Positions 9,500 through 18,089 of a stretch of DNA of 27,093 nucleotides are shown piece after piece. How positions within the stretch are numbered: the first letter of the stretch is position 1; each line of letters starts with the position of its first letter. The notes beneath the pieces are model-generated. The model was not told the DNA's origin. It worked only from the letters and a program-made list of their open reading frames with translations, and made no database searches. The stretch is from a virus (Duplodnaviria; Caudoviricetes): positions 1-27,093 of IMG/VR virus record IMGVR_UViG_3300027806_000816; one strand, 5' to 3'. Position numbers and translations under genes: made by a program.

Positions 9500-10147
9500 T
9501 TATTTTGGCTTTCTGAATATCCAGAAATTATTCTGATATATTTCTATGTCTTTTCCCAAGGAATCTTCTACTGCCTTCCCAACATCCTTCCAGGTTATCA
9601 TATCGTCACCGAACATGATTCCGCCTGGATTGAGCAACGGTATGTAATCTTGAATATCGTTCTTGACATCTACGTACTCATGCGATCCATCTATGTATAT
9701 TAGATCGGCCATTAGTCTATAATGGGAAAGAATTATGGAACCGATATGACTTGTATTGGGTATTGGTACTATTATATCCTGCATGCCATGCTCTATGACA
9801 TTGGACAAGAAATCAAAGTAAATCTGTGGGTATCCGTTCTTTATTTTAAGATTCCTTTCAGCATCGTTTTTACCCGTTGTCCAGAACTCTTCCGCTCCTA
9901 ACCAAGTGTCAACACAATATATCTTTATGTCAAGTGATATACTTTTAGCGTGATGGGCCATATTGATAGCAGATGCTCCTAGCCAAGTTCCGACTTCGAA
10001 TATAATGGATGGTCTAATCTCATCAATTAGCTTCATAAAGACTTCACTGTTGCTGTTCCATCCGGGAATTTCTTTGTTTCCAGATGGTACTATACCATCA
10101 TATAAGTCGTAAGGATGTATTAAGTTAGCCATTTGTTTGTTCATCAT
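9500..10147 (-). CDS. Class I SAM-dependent methyltransferase (Methyltransf_24-like)
   Basis: FEVGTWLGAS, CVDTW, DLIYIDGSHEY..V..D, LLNPGGIMFGDD. Confidence 0.92.
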   Translation of the reverse strand: MMNKQMANLIHPYDLYDGIVPSGNKEIPGWNSNSEVFMKLIDEIRPSIIFEVGTWLGASAINMAHHAKSISLDIKIYCVDTWLGAEEFWTTGKNDAERNLKIKNGYPQIYFDFLSNVIEHGMQDIIVPIPNTSHIGSIILSHYRLMADLIYIDGSHEYVDVKNDIQDYIPLLNPGGIMFGDDMITWKDVGKAVEDSLGKDIEIYQNNFWIFRKPK

Positions 10148-10216
10148 CTAGATATTATTGATTATTTATAGTTTGTATGGAATGAGAAAGATTATAAATA
10201 GTCATATTTAATTGTA

Positions 10217-10849
10217 TTAATTTAATATAAAGTTTTTATATTTATTAGATAGCTTAATATTATTATTAAATATATATAGCCATAATCTTTCAAAGATATA
10301 GCCTTCTATTGGATTAGTTTCATATGATACAAATTTAAGTAAAAATTCATAAAATTCACGAGGTCTACTCAATATAGCTTGTTTAGTACAAGCAAATTGA
10401 GCACCATATGTTACATTAACTGTTTGATTGATATCCATTTTAATACCAAATAATAAATCCATAAAATATGCTAAAAATAAACCATGTGGATGTAATGTTT
10501 TGTGTTTTCTATTTATAGAATATTCATTTTCTACTATGATAGTATTTAATGATAATATACCATTCTGTAAATTATTAATATTATCTATGATAGAATATAG
10601 ATTACAACAATGAGGAAAAGGATTTCCTTGTAAGAAGATAGTAATATCATTTAAATTATTATAATTATTAACTATATGATACAAATATGTGTGAGCCTCT
10701 CTGCCAACGTTCGGTAATTTTATATTTAACTCATAGAATTTATTATATAGATAAATATTTTTAATTATAGGATTAGATTTAATATTATTTATCCAGTCTA
10801 TATTTTCTTTATATCTAGATATGACAATATCAATATTTTGATAATTCAT
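10217..10849 (-). CDS. DUF3431-family (glycosyltransferase-like) protein
   Basis: VISRYKENIDW, LPNVGREAHTYLYHI, FLQGNPFPH, GAQFA, FERLW. Confidence 0.88.
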   Translation of the reverse strand: MNYQNIDIVISRYKENIDWINNIKSNPIIKNIYLYNKFYELNIKLPNVGREAHTYLYHIVNNYNNLNDITIFLQGNPFPHCCNLYSIIDNINNLQNGILSLNTIIVENEYSINRKHKTLHPHGLFLAYFMDLLFGIKMDINQTVNVTYGAQFACTKQAILSRPREFYEFLLKFVSYETNPIEGYIFERLWLYIFNNNIKLSNKYKNFILN

Positions 10850-10856
10850 AAATATT

Positions 10857-11579
10857 CTAATAAAAAATAGTATACCATAATCTTTCTAAGATATATGCAT
10901 GAACATCATCTTGTGAAGAAAAATCATATAATTTTTGATAAAATTTTAAATCATGCTGTATAATATTATCTTTTTTAACACCAAATATAGCTCCATAATT
11001 AAATTTAATAAATGTTGTAGTAATTTTATTATGTAAACCAAGAAGATCTTTTATATATGGTACTAAATAATCAATATTTTTAAGTTTATGTATTTTTCTA
11101 AAACGGTCTAATAAAGGAAATAAGCCATGATCTATATGAAAATATGGCATTAAATTATAATCGCATACATCCATATATATAGGATAATTTTTAATATAAT
11201 TAGATTTATCGTATAAAATATGATTTGGTGGCGGAACATTTGAATTTTCAAGCCAGTATGTAGTTAATGGTTGAAAATCACGATAACCATGAATATCACA
11301 ATATCGAATAATATCTATAAAATATTTAGAATGTTTAAATGGATCGGCCTGTGTAAATATTGTATAATCATCTAATCTATCATAATTATTAATTATATGA
11401 TATAGATATGTATGTGATTCTCTTCCTATATTTTTTAATGGAATAACTTTATATTTACTATTATTTAGATCATAGCCTTTATTATAAATAATAAATCTAT
11501 CTAAATCAGTAGAAAAATATTTATTTATCCAATCTACATTTTCTCTATATTTTGCTATTACTATTTTAGTATTATTCAT
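10857..11579 (-). CDS. DUF3431-family protein (tandem paralogue)
   Basis: VIAKYRENVDW, LKNIGRESHTYLYHI, FTQADPFKH, GAIFGV, LERLW. Confidence 0.88.
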   Translation of the reverse strand: MNNTKIVIAKYRENVDWINKYFSTDLDRFIIYNKGYDLNNSKYKVIPLKNIGRESHTYLYHIINNYDRLDDYTIFTQADPFKHSKYFIDIIRYCDIHGYRDFQPLTTYWLENSNVPPPNHILYDKSNYIKNYPIYMDVCDYNLMPYFHIDHGLFPLLDRFRKIHKLKNIDYLVPYIKDLLGLHNKITTTFIKFNYGAIFGVKKDNIIQHDLKFYQKLYDFSSQDDVHAYILERLWYTIFY

Positions 11580-12201
11580 ATAGTATTATATGCTTTTTAA
11601 ATTGTGGATGATATTGAAAATCATGAAATCCAAAAGAATGAAATTGATTATAGTCACCATATTCTGTAGAAAACTGATATGCAATTTCTGGAGGTGCATA
11701 TAAACAATTATGTTCAATAAATTTTTGTCTTGCTTGTATACATAATGATACATCATCTGGTAGGGTAGTATCTAGATCATTTATAATTTTAAGTTGGGTA
11801 TCAATAAATTTTTGGCTTTTTAGACAAAAGCCACCATTACCACACATAAAATAATACCAAGGCCACGCAGCACCGATATAGTCATAGTTTAAAAATTCAT
11901 CTGTCCAAGCATCTGGATTCACTATAAATCCATCCCAATGTATTGTTAAATAAAAATTTGATCTACCAGATAGATAGTATGGTAATTTTTTTAATACAAA
12001 ATAATCATAATCTTTAATAGAATTTAATTTATCTATATATATTCCAGATATTTGTTTATTAGTAATAAGGTGTGGGGTATCTGTAAAAAATAAAATTTCT
12101 TTGAAAGAGCATTGCTGCGTACAAATTTCTATTGCTTTCTGTGTTTCGTTTATTCTGTTAGAACTAATAGATAATAAAACGATATTACTTAAATCAAGCA
12201 T
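11572..12201 (-). CDS. DUF5672-family glycosyltransferase-like protein
   Basis: IHWDGFIVNPDAW..EFLNYDYIGAAW, GNGGFCLKS, FSTE, SFGFH. Confidence 0.88.
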   Translation of the reverse strand: MLDLSNIVLLSISSNRINETQKAIEICTQQCSFKEILFFTDTPHLITNKQISGIYIDKLNSIKDYDYFVLKKLPYYLSGRSNFYLTIHWDGFIVNPDAWTDEFLNYDYIGAAWPWYYFMCGNGGFCLKSQKFIDTQLKIINDLDTTLPDDVSLCIQARQKFIEHNCLYAPPEIAYQFSTEYGDYNQFHSFGFHDFQYHPQFKKHIILYE

Positions 12202-13294
12202 ATATTATATCCCCAGCCTGTTTCATCGCTGCTCCAATTATCTGATGCATATCATAATACTTATAAGATCCTAATCTGCCTCCAAAAGTAATATTATTAA
12301 GATTTTTTGTTAAACTTTGATATCTATTATATAGATCTGTATTATGCTTATTATTAATTGGATAATAAGGTTCGCTATTTTTAGTGAAATTGGCTGGAAA
12401 TTCCTTAGTAATTATAGTATGATGATTAATTAATTTATTATTAAAGTGTTTGTGTTCTATAATTCTAGTATATGGTATATTTTCTGATGTATAATTAATG
12501 ATAGCATTACCTTGATAATCTTCTATATTTATTTTTTCTGTTATGAACTCAAGACTTCGATAATCTAAATTACCATATATATAATTAAAATAACTGTCTA
12601 TACATCCAGTATAGATTATATGTTTTGCTAAATTATTCCAATAATCTTTATTTAAAAGATAATCAGTTTCTAATACTATTTCAATACCATCAATCATATT
12701 TAACATCATTTGAGAATAGCCATCTCTAGGTATACCCTGATATATATCATTAAAATAATTATCATCAAAAGTTAATCTAATAGGTAGTCTTTTAATAATA
12801 AATGATGGTAAATTTTTTGGTTCTGTATTCCATTGTTTTTTAGTGTATCCATATATAAATGTATAATAAATTTCTTCACCAACTTGACTTAGTATCCATT
12901 CCTCTAAGTTCTGTGGATTTTCAATTGGTATTCTTTCTTTTTCTAATTTAGTCTTAGCTTCTACTGGATTATTAATTCCCCATAATTGATATATAGTAAA
13001 TAAATTTATAGGAAAAGAATATATTTTATTATTATAATTTACTTTTGGCCTATTAATATAATTATTAAAAGTACAGAATTGATTCACATAATTCCATATT
13101 TTTTCATTAGAAGTATGAAATATATGAGGACCATATTTATGAATATCTATACCATTAATATTCTCTGTATAGCAATTACCGAAGGGGTGATTTCTTTTTT
13201 CTATTATTAGACATTTTTTTCCTTTTGATTTAGCTATATTGGCAAATGTACAAGAATATAATCCTGCGCCTACAAATAGAAAATCATATTTCAT
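12194..13294 (-). CDS. glf: UDP-galactopyranose mutase
   Basis: YDFLFVGAGL, GNCY, HKYGPHIFHT, YTKKQW, YFNDIYQGIP, PYTRIIEHKHF, EPYYP, GRLGSYKYYDMHQ. Confidence 0.97.
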   Translation of the reverse strand: MKYDFLFVGAGLYSCTFANIAKSKGKKCLIIEKRNHPFGNCYTENINGIDIHKYGPHIFHTSNEKIWNYVNQFCTFNNYINRPKVNYNNKIYSFPINLFTIYQLWGINNPVEAKTKLEKERIPIENPQNLEEWILSQVGEEIYYTFIYGYTKKQWNTEPKNLPSFIIKRLPIRLTFDDNYFNDIYQGIPRDGYSQMMLNMIDGIEIVLETDYLLNKDYWNNLAKHIIYTGCIDSYFNYIYGNLDYRSLEFITEKINIEDYQGNAIINYTSENIPYTRIIEHKHFNNKLINHHTIITKEFPANFTKNSEPYYPINNKHNTDLYNRYQSLTKNLNNITFGGRLGSYKYYDMHQIIGAAMKQAGDIIYA

Positions 13295-13295
13295 A

Positions 13296-13430
13296 TTATT
13301 TACCTAAAAAATAACTTAATAAGTTTTTACTAACTATAGTAGGCTCTATATGTTGTAATTTAATATGCGTAGAAATTATACCTACTATAAATCCAATTAC
13401 TATTAATAGTTGTAGTTTTATGGAGCTCAT
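13296..13430 (-). CDS. 44-aa small membrane protein
   Basis: Not in the track: MSSIKLQLLIVIGFIVGIISTHIKLQHIEPTIVSKNLLSYFLGK; ATGA overlap with the upstream stop; ends 1 nt before the glf ATG. Confidence 0.7.
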   Translation of the reverse strand: MSSIKLQLLIVIGFIVGIISTHIKLQHIEPTIVSKNLLSYFLGK

Positions 13431-13969
13431 TTTAAATAAATAAATGTATTATATTTATTCCATGAGTCACTAATTAATTCTGATATAAAAGACCAATTTC
13501 CTCCGGCCAATCCACTACCGAATTTTGGAGCATGAATTTCTACATCAAAATCACTATTTTGCTTTAAACTAGAAATATAATTAGTTATTTCGTTTATACA
13601 ATAAGATAATGCTATATAATTTAATGGTCTTGGATTTTTTGTTGATATAATACCATTTTGTGCTATCATATTGGCAAAAATAATTTGGTGACCATAGGAT
13701 TTATTAGTGTCAGCAATAACAAATTGTGTTTTGCCTAATTTTGCCGATTTTCCAAGCATATGAAAATTTTCGCCAACAATAGGATAATAAATATTTATGT
13801 CTTTAGTAAAACCACCACCAAAAACATTAATATTATTACACACATGAGGAACTATAACAGTACAGCCATTAACTTCTGCATTAATACGATCTTGAATAGA
13901 TTCAAAAATATTTCTTTTAGAATAAGAAATGTTTTGTTTTTGACTATTGTGTTGTTTAATTTTTGTCAT
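13427..13969 (-). CDS. Macrodomain (TARG1/Poa1p-like ADP-ribose processing) protein
   Basis: IVPHVCNNINVFGGGF, IFANMIAQ, IHAPKFGSGLAGGNW. Confidence 0.88.
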   Translation of the reverse strand: MTKIKQHNSQKQNISYSKRNIFESIQDRINAEVNGCTVIVPHVCNNINVFGGGFTKDINIYYPIVGENFHMLGKSAKLGKTQFVIADTNKSYGHQIIFANMIAQNGIISTKNPRPLNYIALSYCINEITNYISSLKQNSDFDVEIHAPKFGSGLAGGNWSFISELISDSWNKYNTFIYLK

Positions 13970-14220
13970 ACTATTTTATTCCATTTATTTAATGGACACT
14001 GTTGATCTGCCCATGCTAATTTATTCATAAATATTTTTTTATTATTTATATTACATCCACAAACATCACATTGAGATAATTCTATATTATATTTATCACA
14101 ACTTCTACATATATTATATCTTTCCTGTATTTGTTTTTTACTACATTTAGGAAATCCAGAATATATATGAAATATTAATGATTTAATAAATGTTGTTAAC
14201 TTTAACAAATATTTATTCAT
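13966..14220 (-). CDS. Cys-rich small protein (DUF6171-like); start probably MNKYLL at 14220 rather than 14262
   Basis: ERYNICRSCD..QCDVCGC..K...QQCPLNKW; the shorter start overlaps the upstream stop by 8 nt. Confidence 0.75.
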   Translation of the reverse strand: MNKYLLKLTTFIKSLIFHIYSGFPKCSKKQIQERYNICRSCDKYNIELSQCDVCGCNINNKKIFMNKLAWADQQCPLNKWNKIV

Positions 14221-14404
14221 GTTTATAAAGATCCCAATTTTTCCAGTCATCGTCATCCTCAATAATAGATTTTTTCTTATGTTTAAATTCTTTATTGATT
14301 TTTTGTTTCAAAAATTGATCTTCATCAAAAAAATGCTTTTGATGTTTTTTCTGATCTTTATTGATTTTTTTTCTGTTGTTTTTTTGATTATCGTCGTAAT
14401 TCAT
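14213..14404 (-). CDS. Small charged hypothetical protein (ATG 14404; track start 14416 is TTG)
   Basis: Lys-rich with acidic/Trp tail EDDDDWKNWD; directly downstream of a promoter-like sequence. Confidence 0.65.
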   Translation of the reverse strand: MNYDDNQKNNRKKINKDQKKHQKHFFDEDQFLKQKINKEFKHKKKSIIEDDDDWKNWDLYKHE

Positions 14405-14424
14405 AATATGGCTCAATACAAATT

Positions 14425-14452
14425 ATCATAGAAGCAAATATCAGAAAGTCAA
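14425..14452 (-). promoter_or_regulatory. sigma70-like promoter TTGACT-N16-TATGAT
   Basis: In one of the few intergenic gaps, oriented into the downstream operon. Confidence 0.6.
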
Positions 14453-14474
14453 GTGGTCTTAAAAAATTCCTGAC

Positions 14475-14503
14475 TTGACAAATAACACATTCATAAATAT
14501 ATA
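14475..14503 (+). promoter_or_regulatory. Divergent sigma70-like promoter TTGACA-N17-TATATA
   Basis: Perfect -35, 17-bp spacer, upstream A-tract; no convincing + strand gene follows. Confidence 0.45.
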
Positions 14504-14527
14504 TTATGCAGGTCCGGGATTAATATA

Positions 14528-15445
14528 CTAATACAGTACTGGGTTTATAATCCCATATCCTTCATATTCTCTCTTACCAGCGTATCTTTCATTTTTCAGT
14601 TTCGTTGTATTTTTCTTGAATAAATTTATGTAGTCTTGTTTATTTTTAAGTTGTACTTTTCTATGTTGTTTGTTATAGGATAATGCCAAACTAGCACAAC
14701 CAACAACAAATGGATTAGCCATACTGGTTCCACTCATTACTGCATAAGTATTATCTGGTACACAACTCATTATATCCTGTCCAGGTGCTAAAAAATCTAA
14801 TTCTTCTCCTTTGCAAGTAAAATCTGACCTATCAAAAAATCTATTTATTGAACCTATTGCTATTGTTTCATCATATCTTGCTGGATACATTATTGGACTA
14901 TTTATTCCGCTATTGCCAGCAGCACAAAAAATAACACAACCCTTATTAATAGCATATAAAATGCTATTATATAGATCTATTGAATGATCTGGTGAGCCTA
15001 AAGACATAGCAATAAAATCACAATTATTATCAGCAGCAAATTGAACTCCTTTAGCAATTATTTTATTATTTCCACTACCATCACCATTAAGGGCTTTAAT
15101 TGGTAATATTTTACTTTTTGGTGCTATGCCAACAATTCCTAACCCATTATTTTCTGCTGCAATAGTTCCAGCAACATGAGTACCATGACCATTATCATCA
15201 ATTGGATCTTTCTTAGGATTAATTAAATTAATACCTTGTATTAAATTATTTTTTAAATCTGGATGATCAATATCGCAACCTGTGTCTATTACTGCGATCC
15301 TTACGTTATCTCCGTCACTTTTATTCCATAATTTATCAATATTAAATTTAGTTATTTCCCATCCTAATATTTGACACTTATCAGGGGATAATCCATATAT
15401 ATTTTCTCTATAAAATGGCAATAAAGAACAATCATTTTTTTTCAT
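14528..15445 (-). CDS. Subtilisin-like S8 serine protease (no obvious signal peptide or prodomain)
   Basis: AVIDTG (Asp), NGHGTHVAGTI (His), AAGN, SGTSMANP (Ser). Confidence 0.96.
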   Translation of the reverse strand: MKKNDCSLLPFYRENIYGLSPDKCQILGWEITKFNIDKLWNKSDGDNVRIAVIDTGCDIDHPDLKNNLIQGINLINPKKDPIDDNGHGTHVAGTIAAENNGLGIVGIAPKSKILPIKALNGDGSGNNKIIAKGVQFAADNNCDFIAMSLGSPDHSIDLYNSILYAINKGCVIFCAAGNSGINSPIMYPARYDETIAIGSINRFFDRSDFTCKGEELDFLAPGQDIMSCVPDNTYAVMSGTSMANPFVVGCASLALSYNKQHRKVQLKNKQDYINLFKKNTTKLKNERYAGKREYEGYGIINPVLY

Positions 15446-16181
15446 ATCTATTCTCTATTATCCATGATCTAAATTTAGATATTCTGGTATGTCCGCTCTC
15501 GTCTGTGAATGTTGAGTCTGGTTTCTTGTCTATAGCCATCACGCAGGAATTGATACCAGCGAGTTTGCCGTCAATAAATAAACCTCCTCCACTGTCACCG
15601 CTAGCAATTAAAAACTCCAGACTGGTATGATTTTTGGATCCTTTGCGTGTTGGTGTGCAAATTAATAAATCTTTATTTATTTCATCAATTTTATTATATC
15701 CTGCTCGTCTTTTATTATCAGATTGTTTTGCCCCAGTATTAAAAGTTCCATATATTCCAAACCCAGATATAGAGCATAATTTACCAATTTCATCTTCTTG
15801 TTCATACAAGGATGGATAAAAATTCATATTAAAAGATATATCAGAATGACCAATTGCTATATCACACAAACCAAAAGTAGAACTAAATTCTGGATGTATT
15901 ATCATTTTTTCAATAATAATGGATTTATCATCTATATTAATAGTTAATGTTTTATAATTTTTGACAACATGAGCAGCAGTTAAAAAATTATGATTATCTA
16001 TCAATACCGCCGATGCACAAAATGGAGTATTATCTTTATATAAACCACATAATTTTACAACATATTTAAATTGTGATCCATACTCTAGATATTTAGAATC
16101 ATTATTTTCTGGATCTATAGTACCAGCGATACATATACAAGATAAAACTATAGATAGTAATAATATTATCAAGGGTTTCAT
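15432..16181 (-). CDS. Trypsin-like S1 serine protease with N-terminal signal peptide/anchor
   Basis: LTAAHV, DIAI, GDSGGGL; hydrophobic N-terminus. Confidence 0.93.
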   Translation of the reverse strand: MKPLIILLLSIVLSCICIAGTIDPENNDSKYLEYGSQFKYVVKLCGLYKDNTPFCASAVLIDNHNFLTAAHVVKNYKTLTINIDDKSIIIEKMIIHPEFSSTFGLCDIAIGHSDISFNMNFYPSLYEQEDEIGKLCSISGFGIYGTFNTGAKQSDNKRRAGYNKIDEINKDLLICTPTRKGSKNHTSLEFLIASGDSGGGLFIDGKLAGINSCVMAIDKKPDSTFTDESGHTRISKFRSWIIENRYEKK

Positions 16182-16204
16182 AATATACCCTATTTAAAAT
16201 GATA

Positions 16205-16218
16205 ATATTATTTACACC
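16205..16218 (-). promoter_or_regulatory. Putative phage-sigma promoter motif GGTGTAAATAATAT
   Basis: Intergenic, upstream of the protease pair. Confidence 0.5.
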
Positions 16219-17115
16219 TCAACTTAAATTTCCTATAATTCTGCCCTTTTGAGTTCTATAAACATAACCTTTTCTAACTAAGAATGGCTCTATACTATTT
16301 TCAATGGTTTCAATAGAAATACCAGTTAAAGAAGATATAGTTTTTAATCCTAATGGATTACCTTTATGCTTTTTTAAGGCTTCTAGATATAATCTATCAT
16401 ATACATCAAAGCCATATTTATCAATACCTTGAATATTGAATATTTCATCTATATTTTTTGTGTTTGATGTATCACATAATTTATAATTTTTATACCATTG
16501 TAATCTAGCATTTAAAATTCTTGGAGTACCTTTACTTCTCTTAGCAATTTCAATCAGATCATTTTCACAAAGTATTAGTCCAAGTTTTTCGGCGTTCAAC
16601 CCTGCTAGTTTAGCTAACTCATCGTCATTATAAAAAGACAGATGTTCTTTGATCGCAAATCTATCATAGAAAGGCTGACTGAGACTTCCACCACTAGTAG
16701 TAGCACCAATCAATGTAAATACTGGAATATCAATAGTTTCAGCATTACCATCAACTATCATACTCAATTTAAAATCTTCCATTACTGGATAAAGAAATTC
16801 TTCTACTAGTTTTGGCAATCTATGGATTTCATCAATAAATAATACTGATCTAGGTGCCATACCAGTTAAATATGGAATAATATTTTTAATACTTCTTAGG
16901 TTGGCCGCATTAGCTGTATATAAATTAGTACCCATTTCCTGTGAAATTGCATTTGCTATGGTAGTTTTACCAAGGCCAGGAGGTCCATCTATTAAAATAT
17001 GAGGAAGCACACTCGTAGACTGTTTGCATCCTATTACATTAACTTTGAGCCTCATAATAACATCAGACTGACCAATAATATCATCAAATTTTGATGGCCT
17101 TATACTATTTGACAT
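16219..17115 (-). CDS. ruvB: Holliday junction branch migration ATPase RuvB (start likely ATG 17115)
   Basis: IRPSKFDDIIGQ, GPPGLGKTT, FIDEIHRL, EEFLYPVMEDF, FTLIGATT, GTPR, IEPFL, RTQKGR; SD GGAGA. Confidence 0.96.
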   Translation of the reverse strand: MSNSIRPSKFDDIIGQSDVIMRLKVNVIGCKQSTSVLPHILIDGPPGLGKTTIANAISQEMGTNLYTANAANLRSIKNIIPYLTGMAPRSVLFIDEIHRLPKLVEEFLYPVMEDFKLSMIVDGNAETIDIPVFTLIGATTSGGSLSQPFYDRFAIKEHLSFYNDDELAKLAGLNAEKLGLILCENDLIEIAKRSKGTPRILNARLQWYKNYKLCDTSNTKNIDEIFNIQGIDKYGFDVYDRLYLEALKKHKGNPLGLKTISSLTGISIETIENSIEPFLVRKGYVYRTQKGRIIGNLS

Positions 17116-17142
17116 ATATATCTCCAATATTATTTTTGTAAT

Positions 17143-17583
17143 TCAATTTGTCTTGGGTTCTTCGTTTTTAGGTTGTGAATCAGATATCCAAAATACAAAG
17201 TCATTAGACTTATCATCATATGCTGTTTCTATCAAACCCTTATTTACCAAACTATTTAAAATGTTACTAACCATTCTATCATTAAGAGCATGAACAATAT
17301 TCATATATATTGATTCACTTACTAAGAATCTATTTTCTTTTGTTTTTTTATTAATTTGTTTTTTCAAAAATGGATTAATAATAGCTAATGATTCTTCATA
17401 AGATAATACTATATTCATTTCTGATTCATCATCAGTAGACATATTATTTATATTATCTAACATATCATCTATTACGTTTTGATCTTCTTCTGTAGTATTT
17501 TTGCCAAAACTTTGAAAAACCAAACGCCTTGAAGAATCAACAAATTCTTTTAAATCTTTTATTATAAACCATTCTTTATTCAT
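17143..17583 (-). CDS. Hypothetical phage protein
   Basis: SD AGGA; C-terminal winged-helix-like segment LNSLVNKGLIETAYD..FVFW. Confidence 0.8.
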   Translation of the reverse strand: MNKEWFIIKDLKEFVDSSRRLVFQSFGKNTTEEDQNVIDDMLDNINNMSTDDESEMNIVLSYEESLAIINPFLKKQINKKTKENRFLVSESIYMNIVHALNDRMVSNILNSLVNKGLIETAYDDKSNDFVFWISDSQPKNEEPKTN

Positions 17584-17592
17584 TTTTATTTC

Positions 17593-17991
17593 CTAATTAA
17601 GTATATCAAATAGTCCTTGATAATAGACTGGTTGTTCTACAAAGTGTTTAGCGTGCGCTTGTAGATGTAATCTATATTCATTATTTATTGGATCAGATAC
17701 GAAATATTTCTTTTTCCATATTGGACTACCCTGATAATTGGATCCCAAATACTGGAAGGAATTACCCTTCTCAGTATTGGAGTTCCAACTATTCACAGGA
17801 AACGACACAAAAGGAAAGCCAGGGATAGCAACATCTGATAGGGAATAATATAAGTCTATATCTTTAAAAAGATTATTGATTTGATCTATATCAAACTTAA
17901 AATAGAACTTGTATGGGTCATATTGATCATTATAATCATAATTATATTGATCATCATCATACTCATCATCTTCATCATATGGTTCGTTCAT
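17593..17991 (-). CDS. Hypothetical protein with Asp/Tyr-rich N-terminus
   Basis: SD AAGGA, operon packing; its centre overlaps a GC-rich structured stretch. Confidence 0.7.
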   Translation of the reverse strand: MNEPYDEDDEYDDDQYNYDYNDQYDPYKFYFKFDIDQINNLFKDIDLYYSLSDVAIPGFPFVSFPVNSWNSNTEKGNSFQYLGSNYQGSPIWKKKYFVSDPINNEYRLHLQAHAKHFVEQPVYYQGLFDILN

Positions 17992-18003
17992 ATTAAAATC
18001 CTT

Positions 18004-18071
18004 AAAAGTGAGGATGGAATCGAACCATCCAACGAGCCATACGGCACGTTACTCGTCCACAAGCCCACTTT
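18004..18071 (-). ncRNA. tRNA-like element lacking a D-arm and canonical anticodon loop
   Basis: Acceptor-like AAAGTGGG/CTCACTTT, T-arm GATGG-TTCGATT-CCATC, central helix ACGAG/CTCGT. Confidence 0.7.
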
Positions 18072-18089
18072 ACCTCCAACGATCAATAA

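Noticed and set aside
17988-18068. 26-codon ORF through the tRNA-like element, preceded by GGAGGT
   Set aside because: The SD is only 3 nt from GTG and the RNA structure explains the sequence better; not fully excluded
18004-18071. tmRNA or a functional tRNA
   Set aside because: No G3:U70 alanine identity, tag ORF, 7-nt anticodon loop or D-arm
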